This document shows positions 1 through 12,905 of a stretch of 64,000 bases of DNA, piece after piece. The notes beneath the pieces were generated by a model. That model was given only the letters and a program-made list of their open reading frames with translations, was not told where the DNA came from and did no database searches. The translations under genes and the position numbers were made by a program. This DNA comes from Camelus ferus (lineage: Eukaryota). The number at the start of each line of letters is the position of its first letter. Positions within the stretch are counted from its first letter, which is position 1. The DNA lies in NCBI RefSeq assembly GCF_009834535.1, contig NC_045698.1, positions 8,186,001 to 8,250,000 on the forward strand. The letters are read 5' to 3'.

Positions 1-217
1 ATCCCTACCAACAATAATCTGTAGGAGTAAAGCATTGAGTGTTAATTTTAAAGGAGACACTGTTGATTAAACAACTGTATGATGAGTTCACACAATGTGC
101 TAGTTTAGGTGCCAAAAAGGGTATCAGAGAACTGGTGAGAATCACCAGCATGTCAATAATTGGTGAGAACTCCAGAAGCCAATTACTTACTTAAGAGAGT
201 TTGACTATACTTCAGTA

Positions 218-269
<52 letters not shown>
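218..269. repeat. Compound (AT)n(AG)n microsatellite
   Basis: Seen directly. Confidence 0.97.
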
Positions 270-272
<3 letters not shown>

Positions 273-482
273 ATAATCAAATGTGAGTCAATGTCAGGTA
301 ATGCAAGAAGGGAGTAAATGAGAGTGGAGTGAAATGGCTAAAACACGTAGAAACACCTCTGGAAGTCCTACAAGATATGGCTCATGATATTAGTTATATT
401 AATATTATAATTAGTTGCATTAATATTATAAAATTAACATTAATGGCATAATACACTTAAACTTCAATTGTCTTCAAGCTTA

Positions 483-680
<198 letters not shown>

Positions 681-992
681 TCATTTAATAATCAAGAGTA
701 ACCTAACCAAAGACATTACTTTTATGAAGTTCTCATTAGACATCACATTGTAGTCCTTGGTCAACCACTATTAAATACCAAGGCCAGCCAATTCTATGTA
801 TCCATACAGAACAAAAAATTACTAGGGAATTGGAAGAACTTAACTGCCATGAACTCTTGAGCTATTACAACAGCTTCACTTAATTGTCATGTCATGATGT
901 TGTCATACACACTTTCATAAGTGTCTTTTTAAAATTCACATGAGATATATGTAGAAGCAAGTATAAATGTTCATCAAGAAGCTATACTTTAC

Positions 993-1027
993 CTTGTGAT
1001 TGCCAGTGAAACTGCTCTTCTGTTGAA
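993..1027 (-). CDS. CTNND2: Delta-catenin short coding exon (exon 4 by human numbering), 35 nt, phase 2/1
   Basis: Minus strand reads ctcttttttacag|TTCAACAGAAGAGCAGTTTCACTGGCAATCACAAG|gtaaag, giving (S)STEEQFHWQSQ(D). It joins exon 500-616 in frame across a 376-nt GT-AG intron. Not in the ORF track. Confidence 0.95.
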
Positions 1028-2360
1028 CTGTAAAAAAGAGAATACAAAGGTATAACACACTGGTTAGACACAGAAGAACCTAGACTATGAGACGCAAAGG
1101 CACATTCGGGCAGTGATGGTGGCTCCATGGCACTCCCTTCAATTTTCTACTGAGAAAAGGGATCCCATTTTGATGCCATCTCAACTTCAATCCCATTTGA
1201 TATGCAGCCTCTTTTGATTCACAGATATTAGCGTGTTATCAATGGACATCGTTTAGTAATTTTCAGAAGAACAGCTCATGTTTTACAAATCCCAGCCTAT
1301 TATACTCAGTCCTTAACCATTGTTTCTACTTCCATGCAGTTCTATCCAATTTTAGTTATTTTAAAATACAAGTCTGAATAGATTCACGTAGATTTCGTGA
1401 TATTCTAATAAAGAAATAACTTTCTCCATCTTCATCATAAAGAGATAAAATAAATCTATAACTTATTCAAGACATATAAGCACTTCCTTTCATTTATTAT
1501 GCTTTAAATTAAGGAATTTTAAAATTGTAACACTTTATCACCAATTGAATATACAGTTCCCAAATTCTCACTTTACAGATACATCTCATAAAATGACCCA
1601 AGCAGAAAGGGTTACTCATATAAATGATATACCAAAGATACTGCACAGATTTTATCTTTGCAGGCACAGAAATTTATTTTGAATAAGTTATTAAAATACA
1701 TAAATAAATTTAAATTTTCTAAATATAAACAACTTTCATTATATATGCAAATACTTCCAACATACTCTTTTTTACACGCCAATAATTGGTGAGAAATCTA
1801 GATGCCAATTACTGACATGGATCATTTTGAGAATGATTTTCTATACTGATTTCACTAAATCTTTTACTCTGATCAAGCAGCTCCTATGAATAGCTCATCA
1901 GTCTCACAAGAGCAAGTAGGTTTTAGAACTTTAATCTGTACCTTAGAGATGGCTTCTGAATACATTTGTAGGGGTAGGGGGAGGGAATTCTGGTATAAAT
2001 CAGTGTTCAGAATAGCCATGATTGATATATAGGAAGATGAGAGTAGTCCCTTAAGAGCCATATGGCTTTTTTTAGGGTATCTTGCGCCTCAGCTAATCCA
2101 TTTTAGCCAAGTGGAAATGGTTTTACAATGATGAGAGCTACAGACAGTTGATGATACATGAAATGGTAACATTACAAATTCAGTCCAATGCAACTTTTCC
2201 TAGCACCAGTTAGGTGTAGCATTATATACTAGTAACATCTAACAGTAAAATTTAACACTTAAAACAGAAATTTAACCCTATAATTAATATTTTAGAAAGT
2301 ACAAAGCATGTTCACTTAGTAAGTGGCATTTAACATAGGGATAGAAAATGCTTTCATATT

Positions 2361-2776
2361 TGTGGTGGTTGAATGGTGCCCTTTTCCCCCCAGAAATATA
2401 TCCACACCAAATCCCTAGAAATTGTGAATGCTTATTTATTGGAAAAGAGTTTTTACAGATGTAATTAAGTTAAAGATCTTCAGATGAGATCATTCTAAAT
2501 CCAGTGACAAATGTCCTTATAAAAGACAGTAGAGGAGAAGGACTGCCATGTGAAGATGAAGGCAGAGATTGGAGTTATGCATCTGTAAACCAAGGAATGC
2601 CTGAGGCCATCAGAACCTGGAGCCAAGAAAAGATCCTCCCTTTTAGCCTTCCTAGGGAACAGCCCTGTCGACCAACCTTGATTTTGAACTTTTGGCCTCC
2701 CAAACTGTGAGGTAATAGTTTTTTTAAGCCACTCAGTTGTGGTAATCTGTAATTGCAGCCCCAGGAAACCAATACA
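2361..2776 (+). mobile_element. MaLR solo LTR, MLT1B/C-like
   Basis: Termini tgtggtggttgaatgg...ggaaaccaataca; internal gatgtaattaagttaaagatctt and gaaggcagagattggagttatg; flanks atatt/gtatt. Confidence 0.85.
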
Positions 2777-2919
2777 GTATTTTTCAGATTCAGTGAAAAT
2801 GCTCTCAATGTTCTATCCTTCAGGATTGACTACTGTCTCTGCTTTACACTCCTTTTACCAGTTCAGCCCTTTGCGAAGTACTTATGGTACATCAGTAATT
2901 CACAACTGTCACAAATCTC

Positions 2920-3030
2920 TTTGGTAGATGGGAAATAGCTGGCTTATTGATGTTAAATAACTTGACCAAATGCATCATAAGGAACTCAGCAGAGATTTAA
3001 ACTAGTCTGTCCAACTCCAAAACTCATGGA
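2920..3030 (-). mobile_element. MIR fragment, adjacent to the L1 insertion site
   Basis: gttaaataacttgaccaa...gtctgtccaactccaaaactcatg resembles the MIR core. Confidence 0.6.
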
Positions 3031-4747
3031 ACAGAGCTGGAGGAGTCATGCTCCCTGACTTCAGACTATACTACAAGGCTACAGAAATCAAAACAGTATG
3101 TATGGTACTGGTACAAAAAACAGACACACAGATCAAAGGAAGAGAACAGAGAGCCCAGAAATAAACCCACACACTGTGGTCAATTAACCTAAGAGGCAGG
3201 AATACACAGTGAGGAAAAGACAATCTCTTCGATAAATGAATCTCATGGGAAAACTGGACAGCTCCGTGTAGAAGGATGAAATTAGAACACTCTCCAACAC
3301 CATATACATAAATAGACTCAAAATAGACAAAAGACCTTAATGTAAGACTGGACACTGTAAAGCTCCTGGTGGAAAACTCCTACTCCTTCTGCAGGCGGAA
3401 CACTCTTTGACAGAAATTGCAGTAGTAGTTTTTTTTTTGGATCTGTCTCCCAAACCAAAGGAAACAACAGCAAAAATAAACAAATAGGAATTAATTAAAC
3501 TTAAAAGCTTTTGCACAACAGAGGAAACAGTCAAAAAAATGAAAAGACAATCTACTGAATGGGAAAAGATATGACTGATAAGGGGTTAGTATCTAACATA
3601 TACAATCAGCTCATACAACTCAATAATAATAAATTTTAAAAATCTGATTGAAGAATGTGCAGAAGAACTAAATAGACATTTTTCCAAAGAGAAAATGCAG
3701 ATGGCCACTGGGCACAAGACAAGATGCTGAACATCACTAATCATCAGGGAAATGCAAATCAAAACCACAACAAGATACCACATAACACTGTCAGAATGGC
3801 TATCATCAAAAAACACACAAATGTTGGCAAGGATGTGGAGAAAAGGAAACCCTTGTACACTGCTGGTGGGAATGTAAATTAGTGCAGTCACTGTGGACAA
3901 CAGGATGGGGGTTTCCCAAAAAAGTAAAAATAGAACTACCATGTGACCCAGCAATTTCACTCCTGGGTATATATACGAAAAAAAAAAAAAACCAAAAACA
4001 CTAACTCAAAAAGATACATGCACCTTGATGTTCATAGAAGCATTATTTACAACTGCCTAGGTGTGGAAGCAATGTAAATGGCCATGGACAGATGACTGGA
4101 TAGAGAAGTTGTGGCATATGTACACAACAGAACATTACTCAGCTTAAAAAAAGAATAAAATTTTGCCATTTGCAGCAACATGGATGAACTTGGAGAACAT
4201 TATGCTAAGTGAAATAGGTCAGACAGACAAAGACAAATACTGTACAATGCCACTTGTATGTGGAATCTAAACAAATACAACAAACTAGTGAATAAAACAA
4301 AAAAGAAGCAGACTCACAGATATAGATAGAGAACAAACTATTGTTACTAGTAGGGAGAGGGGAGGAGGGAGGGGAAAGATAGGAGTAGGGAGGAAAAAAA
4401 GGGTTATTATGGAATTATATGAAGCCACGTGTGTGAAACTTTTGAAAACTGTAAAGCACTACAGAATTTAAAGGGTGGGAAGGGATAAATTCGGGACTTC
4501 AAGATTTGTAAATATTAACCACTATGTATAAAAATAGATAAAAACTGAATTTCTTCTGTATAGAACAGGAAACTATTCAATATCTTGTAATAACCTCCAA
4601 TTAAAAAGAATATGAAAATGAATACAGGTATGCATATGTATGGACTGGGTCATTATGCTGTACATCAGAGATTGACACATTGTAACTGAATACACTTCAA
4701 TAAAAAAATTAAAAAATTTTAAAATAAATATCCTTCATTCAATAAAA
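3031..4747 (+). mobile_element. 5'-truncated L1 (ORF2 3' end plus 3'UTR) carrying a nested younger L1
   Basis: ctccctgacttcagactatactacaagg and other ORF2 motifs with stops and frameshifts; A tail; TSD aaaactcatgga (3019-3030) / aaaattcatgga (4748-4759). Confidence 0.93.
4474..4729 (+). mobile_element. Nested camelid-type L1 3'UTR fragment
   Basis: ggtgggaagggataaatt...gacacattgtaactgaatacacttcaataaaa splits the host L1 tail between gaatttaaag and tccttcattcaataaa. Confidence 0.85.
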
Positions 4748-4789
4748 AAAATTCATGGAGGGAGACACACGTGTTGCTTCCCACCTGAA

Positions 4790-5163
4790 GCAGGAATGAG
4801 TGAGGAGGTCACTGGGAGCTTCTCCCACTGCTCATCAGAGTCCCGCTCTCCTCTCCTTGCAGGCACACTGAGGACCACACGTCCCTGCCCCCTTCCACGT
4901 AGATAGGTTACGTGAAAGTCCCTGAGAGGAAGGGACAGATGCCACCACCTGCCCCGAAGCACAGAAGGGCAGGCACAAGATTTCATCCACTCTCCTTGCG
5001 AAGCCCTGTGTTGAGGTGGGTCTCCAAGTAGCCATGCGAAGGGGGGATTTCTGCCAACCCAGAGAAGGCACAGCACTAGTGAGAAATAAACCACTGTTTT
5101 GTTAAAACTCTGAAGTTGGAGAGTTGTTTGTTTCGGTAGAATGAATGTTACACTGACTAACTG
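4790..5163 (+). mobile_element. Old MaLR LTR (MLT1I/J-like)
   Basis: 3' end gtgagaaataaaccactgttttgttaaaactctgaagttggagagttgtttgtt...ctgactaa. Confidence 0.65.
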
Positions 5164-6199
5164 AGAAACATGCCATTATTTGAGTTCATAAGGCATTTCT
5201 TGCTTCTCCATCTGTCATTTCCATAGTATGGATCTGGAAGAAAGTGTCTCGGGTCACCCCAGCACAAATAAGATGGTGCCCCACTCTTACTCATCCTTTG
5301 AGATTTATCCGCTCATCTACAATAATGGGTGATGCTATGCGTAGGACTACACATCACACTATTACACAATATTTACTTTCTGTTTATCTCCTTCAGAAGA
5401 GTCTCAATTTTATGGTGCAACAGAAACGAGAAGAAACATTTTTTATTACAATTGGGAAAAATACCATTGGCAGTGAATATAAAACTATCTTCTCAAAGCA
5501 AAGACACCCTCCTTCGGGCAGACAAAGAGCATTAATCACTAAAATGGTTCCCTGATTCCTTTAGCACAGTTAAAATGCATTAAAAGTATGACTGATCACG
5601 GAAAATAGAAGTCCCAAGAGAAACTGGCTTTGGATTTTATTTCCTTTAAGTGCGCACTTCACTGTTAGGGGATTCTATGCAATGGCATTTTTTATGTACT
5701 TGATTCCTTCTCTTAAAAATTGCTCTAAGGTGGATGCTTTTTAAGAAAGCAAGCTATTTATTCATTCAATAAACACAAATTATGCTCATGTCTCAGACAC
5801 TCTTTTTTCAGGTTTTTAGGAATTACTCATGGTGCACTTTCTCCCAATTATATCATTAAATTTAATATAATAAACAAGCAATTTTTGAAGCCGTTATAAC
5901 TTCCATGCATGTTCAGTTTCAGAATATAAAGTTTGCTTCCATCATCGAAATGTTACTTCTTAAAATAGAAATAATTTCTAAAGAATTAAATTTAATAAAA
6001 ATGTAGATATAATTTAGATCAGTCTATATATTTAAATGTAACTTTGTATAAGCTCCAGAACCCAATTATTGTGAATATATATATATTTATAACAAAGAAT
6101 ATTATTAGTAACATTAGTAACAAGCTTTTAAACATATACATAATATGTACATAAATTGTTAATGTTAGGAAAGTATTATCAAAACCACAAATCCTAGTA

Positions 6200-6420
6200 G
6201 CTAAAGCATAGATAGCTCTCACTTTATACCAGGCAATAATTCTAACTGATTTATAGTTAATCTTCATGACAAAATTTTGAGAGAGGTGATATTTTCCCAT
6301 TTTATAGATAAGAAATTGAGGAAGTTCCTAAGGAGCTTGCTGGAGGTCCCTCTGTCAGCAAGTAATGAAGCCAAGATTTTGACCCTGGCCATTTGGTTCC
6401 AGAGGTCACATTCTGCACAA
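6200..6420 (-). mobile_element. MIR
   Basis: cccattttatagataagaaattgagg...ggttccagaggtcaca. Confidence 0.8.
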
Positions 6421-6459
6421 TGCAATTGAACTCCTACGCGATTAAAACAAAACAAAAAT

Positions 6460-7530
6460 ATAAACATCATAAACAAAGCTGAAAAAACAAGCCACATCCA
6501 GGGAGAAAATATTTGCAATGCATATAGCTTATGAAGGGTTAGTTTCCAGAACATATAAATAACTAATACAGATCAATGAGGTAGAGATTCAAAGATCAAA
6601 TAGAAGAGAGGTCAACAGATACATGTATAGCTTATGCAGAGCAGAGAAATCAAGAAACTGTGGCCACTGAACACACTAAAAGATACTCAACCCTATTAGG
6701 AACTGAAAAAAATAGAAATTGAAAGAATACCTCTTTCTAACTTCACAGGTTGTAAAACAATTAGAAAGTCTGACTGTACCAAGTGTTGGAGAGGAGATGA
6801 GGAAATGTGAGCTGCCATACACCGTACTGTGGGAGAGTAAACCAGTGAAACACTTGGGTGAGCTATGAGTCAACACCTGATATGGTTTTTTGGGCCAATA
6901 ATAAATCATGCAGTGATTCCACCTCTGGGTAGAGCCCCCAGGGAAACCCGTTCACCTGTGCTCAGGGGACTTGTACAGGACTGTTCATGCCTACATGCTG
7001 GCAGTAGCAAAACAAAGAAACAACTTAAGAGGTCACCATTAGAGGAGTGAAAAAATATGATAATATGATTCCATATCATATACGACATGTATTTGGAATA
7101 AATACTATTTGGCGGCTAAAACAAATTAGCCAGATACACAATGCATCAACATGGGAAGGTCTCAAAAGCAAAATAGAGAGTGAAAAATGCAAATTGCACA
7201 TAAGACAGTGTATTGCACGACCCCAATTAAGTAAAATTTTAAAACATCCATTAGTCAGTATTGTATACAAATACATACATACACACATACATATATATAT
7301 ATATATATACACACACAAGGGTTATTCTTTGGCTTAAACTTATATATACGTATATATATTCACATACACAGAGAAAGATATTATGTATGTGGATTAAACT
7401 GATACACTGAAATTCACAGTGGTGGTGGCCTCTGGGGGAGAACAATGAGAAATAACTCTGAGCAAGGAGTAAAAAGGGAATTTCAATTTTATCTCAAATG
7501 TTTTACATTACGAAAAATGAGGAAAAAATG
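6460..7530 (+). mobile_element. Ancient L1 (L1ME/L1MC-like) 3' region with an internal AT/AC microsatellite at about 7270-7365
   Basis: gggagaaaatatttgcaatgcatata, accaagtgttggagaggatg, gcagtgattccacctctggg. Confidence 0.75.
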
Positions 7531-9439
7531 TTAACATTATTTTAAGAATGTCTTTGATACTTGAAATAGGGAAATCATGATTCTTACATTTAGAAACACG
7601 TTTAGTTAAATGTTTTCATAAATCCTCATAATCCAATTCTATGTCATATTCTCATCATTGCTGGAATCTCTCATAGTGGAAATTCAAATGATGCAAAACA
7701 ATTCTGAAACATATGAGTATACAGAATAGAGGGAAATAACGGTTTAGAATATAATTACATTTTTCTCCATGCTGCACATGAGAAAAATGACAGCGCCACT
7801 TTTACTGTGGTTCAGGTTTGACATAGCTGGAACATTCTGAGTGAGCAAACATTAACGTTCAAGTTCTGAGGGCGTGAGGTGGGAGTGGGGTGGGAAACTA
7901 GTTGAAACCAAAGAATAACCTTTGGGTTCCTTAACAAGTGTTTCCACCCTTATCATTTCTAGCATGATAGTTTCTTTATCAACCTCTGGGCCATTTCTAA
8001 TTTTAAAAAAATATGAAAGTTCAGAGAGTCTTCTTAATGTCAGGAAAGACACAAAGCAAACCATCACTACAGCTACTCTGTCTGTTGTGGACCTGCTCAA
8101 ATACATTTTCTTATTTTCTTTTTCAACTTTTCAATGCCCCAAGCATCATCCCTGCACTGCATCGTGTGGCGTATTACTGCTCACAATATCGTTCAAAAGG
8201 AAATAAAGGAAAGGAATGATGAGTTTTTGGTTATTTTGCTTTCAAGTTAAGCAATTGTACCTAAAACATAAGCCAGAGAAACTATGGTGAAGTAAATTGC
8301 TTCAGAAATGACATTTGAGTCCAGCCTACGGGGACAAAGGGCCTTATATGTACGAAGTCCACGTGACCTAAAACTGCATTCTGACATAAAGTCTTTTTTA
8401 GTATATAGCCTTGCATGCAGCCACACCATAACAGGTACTGGCTGCAGAATAAAAGGACCTTGGTCAACAGTCTCGAATATCATGGAAATAAAACACAGTT
8501 AGAAAAAAATGGTGAGAAGTGGTACTCATGGAGCATCATTTAGGCTGTTGTTGCCCTGGCACGTTAGTGCTCGGTATCCAGGCCCTATTAGCGTGGTTGG
8601 CAAGCCACCCTGCTTCCCCCAGAACTTTCTGCACAACTGATCTCCTTTCAGTCTGTTGTCTTGTGGTCTCTGTAAGTATCTGTGGTATATCCCCAAATGC
8701 ATGTTGTAGTATCTCCCCTGGGCAGTTAGAATGTTTATTTCTTTCTTAGATCACACATCTTCTATCTGCTTTAACCATTTTCAATGTAATTTTATGGCTA
8801 TGATAATAATGTTTACGGGAATACAGTGGACAGCTATCTGACCACAAAGCTCCTAAGCTAGGAGACCATGTGCGTGGTGTCCAGGCACTGTGAAGGCCAC
8901 ATTCCCTGAGACTGGAGCTCAGTTCTATCAATATAGGACACTTCAGGCAAATTACTTAAACTCTCTGGACTCAAGTGGAGACAATTTTAGGGTTAAATAA
9001 ATCAGTTTATATCAAGCGATTTAAGTATCAAGTGATCATTGCCTGGCACATGCGGAGTAAGCATGCAGTGTTTCCTATTTTATGATACGTTGCTAAAATG
9101 GCTTATATGAGTATGGCCCATCCCTTAGAGTGCACTGCAGTCCACCGTGGGAGGGTCAAAATGGGGGCAGACATGGAGAAACAGGGACAGGGGACTTAGA
9201 AAATAGCCAGGAATAGTGTGACCCTGTCTAGGCTCTCAGTCACAACCAGTCCTGGAGAAAATGGTAAAACAGCATCACCACAGACTCTTGGTGAGTGGTC
9301 CCCATGGCTCTGGGCGTGCAGAACAGAGATGCAAAGCCAGCTTCCCACGACTTGGTACAGTCACGGGACCTGGGAAAAGAAACACACAGAACTCGAAAGA
9401 CCGTTGCATAGAGAGGTGTGCTCAAAGCACCACTGCACA

Positions 9440-9616
9440 CAGGACCATGGGACCTTGAGCACAACACTTATTCTAAGCTTCAGTCTTCCCATGTGTAAAA
9501 TGGGGCTGTTACTAGCAATGTTCCCATAGGGATCTTGTGGAAGTTAAGTGTGTAACATATGTAAGACCCACAAAACAGTGCTGGGAATCTAGGAGGCATT
9601 ACAAACAAAGCAAGCT
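9440..9616 (+). mobile_element. MIR 3' half, target of the L1 at 9617
   Basis: cttcagtcttcccatgtgtaaaatgggg...acatatgtaag...acagtgctgg. Confidence 0.75.
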
Positions 9617-10305
9617 AATCAGAATTTTCTCCAGATATATGCCCAGGAGTGGGACTGCTGGATCATATGGTAACTCCAGTTTTAGTGTTTTAAGGAGTCT
9701 CCATACAGTTTTCCATAGTGGCTGCACCAAACCACATTCCCACCAACAGTGTAGGAGGGTTCCCTTTTCTCCCCACCCTCTCCAGCATTTATTGTTTTGA
9801 CAGTATAGAGAAGATGTGGTGTATATATACAATGAGATACTGCTCAGCCATAAAAAAGAATGAAATAATGCCATTTGCAGCAACATGGATGGACCTAGAG
9901 ATGACCACACTAAGTGAAGTAAATCAGAAACAGAAAGACAAATATCACATGATCACTTAACGTAAAATCTAAAAAAGATTGATACAAATGAACTTATTTA
10001 CAAACTAGAAAGAAACTCACAAAGAAAACAAAATTATGGTTACCAAAGGGGAAAGGAGGCGGGAGGGATAAATTAGCAGTTTGGAATTAGCAGATACAAA
10101 CCACTACATATAAAATAGATAAACAACGAGGTCCTACTATACAGCAAAGGGAACTATATTCAATATCTTATAATAATCTGTAATTTAAAAGGATATGAGA
10201 AAGAATACATATATGTATAACTGAATCACTATGCTGTACACAGAAAATAACACAACATTGTAAATCAAGTATACTTCAATTAAAAAAGGAAAAAAAACCC
10301 CAATA
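9617..10305 (+). mobile_element. 5'-inverted, truncated L1 (inverted arm about 9617-9797, sense arm about 9800-10305)
   Basis: An antisense ORF2-end segment ([15 protein letters not shown] on the minus strand) is fused to a sense 3'UTR and A tail. TSD aaacaaagcaagct / aaacaaagtgagct. Confidence 0.92.
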
Positions 10306-12319
10306 AAACAAAGTGAGCTCTCATCATCACATGCAGAAGAGTGGAGACCTGAGAGAAAGTCTTACAGGTCAACCATCCAGAATTCCACTCATCCTTGCTG
10401 AGGACCAATTAATACTATCACACAAATACGTTACAGGTTTTGCAGAATTTAAATTGTCTTTTTTTCTCCCATGCTTAACTGGGGAAGGGAAAAAAGGCAG
10501 TCTGTAATTTGCAAAGAGAAATGATTTACTTTTTAAACCATAAGTTTTCCAATCAGTCCTACACCGGATGCCTCCCCGGACAACACTACTGTTCTTGCCG
10601 TAGCAGAAACCTTAAAGAAGAAAGGAAATAAATCAGACCCAAATTGCTAGTATTGGTTTCTTTTAGTCTGAGGCAGGGGAAATTCATATTCCTAAGCTAA
10701 TTTTGTTGGAGTTGGTGACTGACAAATTATCCAGGCAATTGATATCGCAAAGCGATAAGGCTCTCAGGCCTGGATATACGTGGCTCCATCGTATCTCAGA
10801 GGACCACAGCACAGTCAGGTCTGCTAGCTGGCCAGCTAAAGCGAGACAGGAAGGCATAAACAGCAATTCTCCTTTGTCTTAATTCCTTCAAAATACAAAC
10901 TCCAGTTTCTAGCAGCCGTAAAGAATTCGCCCTAGGCTCAATCACCCTAAATGTACAATCTACCCAAAGCCAAGTTCTTACCGTGGGAAAGACACACAGT
11001 CAAGTTTCTGAAATGCTTTTATAGTTTTGGAGTTGGTTGCAGTTATATTACAACAGACATATTATGTGTAAAAATTCCACACCAGAAGAAGGAAAAAAAT
11101 GGTGTATTATAAACCACCAAATCCCCACACTGTATTTCCCACCCTAGCTTTTTCGGGAGACTTCGCACACATGGGCGAGGTCATTTTTTAAAATGCTTCC
11201 ACTAGTACACGAGAGTTTTAAAGCATTCGAAGCAAAATTTCTGACCGCCAGCCACACTAGGTAATAAACTACCATAATACTGTGGATTCCATAAATTGGA
11301 ATGCATACATTGCTATTGCAGATGACCAGACAGACTGTTAATCAAATGATTCTGAGAGCTTACAGTATTCTGAAATGCTTTCCAAACCATCAAAAATTGA
11401 CTAGTTTGTGTGGTTTATGTGCTAAGTGTTGACCACTGCATTATACACTGCCATATTCATACGCTCCCTGGGTGTTCGTCGTAGCTCTCAGTAGCTCACG
11501 GTTAGATCTCTGATTAACTTGAACGCTTTATCCACTGATCCTGAGGGTGAACAGAGAGCTTGCTGTATTTTGCAGTTTGATGATTAATAACGGATTCCTT
11601 AGACAAGAGGTTAGTCGGTGTGTTTGCTGGAGGAGGTGGAGCCCATATCAAGGTCCTCAGGTGTCCAAGGTTTGGCCTTTTGCATTCAATACCCTGGAAT
11701 TACACCCATCGTTAGGGTCCTTTCAGTGAAGGGAGCGCCTTAAACCTGGGGACGTTGCTGGGCAAAAGAAGGGGTCAGGTTTACGTTTTCCCGCTTTCCT
11801 GTGATTGCGTGTGCCTGTGAGTGGGTGAGAACTGTGTTTACATGTGTGATCGTGTGTGAACTTGCGTGTGGGGTGTGGGTGCACCTCACCCTTCCGTTCT
11901 GCTAAAACACACTGATTTGCTTACATCTTTTCTTTACCTGCTCTTGCTTCAGAAGTGTGGGGTCCACTACCAGATATTTCAAACCCTGGACATGAAGTTT
12001 GACTGGAATTGATAAGGCTTTTATCAATATAAGTGAAGCTAACACCTCTTCGATAGTTTAAGGGAAATTTATGCAAATCACCATTGCCTGTTTTGCAGTA
12101 AAGACAAAACTGGATCTTCTGTTTGGGATTTCGAGTACCAACAGATGATCTGTGAAAACAAATCTCCATTTTAGTACCCTCGTGGGGCAGAAACCACGTA
12201 ATATTCATGAAAGACTCTCACGGTCTTACGGATCTTTACTTCCTTACGAGCAGTAGTGAGTAGTCTTTAAACCATTTGGAGGCTCAGTTCAAATGTTTAA
12301 TGGGTGCACACATGTTCCC

Positions 12320-12905
12320 AGTCTATTAATAATTTTCAAAATCTAGAAACAACCAAATGTCCTGCAACATGTGAGCGGTTAAACAAGCTGATACATCTAT
12401 ACTGAGGAGACATATGTAGCAATAAAAAGGAACCTATTATTGATACATGCAACAAGCAGCAACTTGGAGAGAACTCAAGGTCATGATGTTCAGTGAAAAG
12501 GATAAATAACTTTCCTGAAATAACAAAATTATGGAAGTGGAGAACAGATTAGCGGTTGTCAGGGCTCTGGGATGGGGGATGAAGGTGGGTGTGGCTATAA
12601 TGGGGTAGCAGGAAGGGGCCTTGTAGCGATGGAACAGTTCTGAATCTTTGTTGTGGTTACAAGAGCTACTTACGTAATAAAATGGCACTGAACTAAACAC
12701 ACACACATACATACACATGTACACACACACGAGGGCATGTAAAACTGGGGAAATCTGTGGACTGGACCGATGCCAATTTCCCAGTCTATATGTGCCCAGT
12801 GTGGCCACTGGCGGGAACTGGGAAAAGTTACAGGGCACTTCTCTGTGTCTTTTATTTTGCAACTTCCTATGAATCTACGATCATTTCAAAATAAAAAGGT
12901 AAAAA
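12320..12905 (+). mobile_element. Old L1 3' end (L1MD-like)
   Basis: ggagaacagattagcggttgtcaggg, gcatgtaaaactggggaaatctg, ttttgcaacttcctatgaatcta...tcaaaataaaa. Confidence 0.8.

Noticed and set aside
3071..3960. Hydrophobic minus-strand ORFs (94, 65 and 124 aa)
   Set aside because: Antisense translations of A-rich L1 sequence.
11478..11512. tRNA A-box-like gtagctcacggttaga
   Set aside because: No B-box, cloverleaf, SINE body or tail follows.
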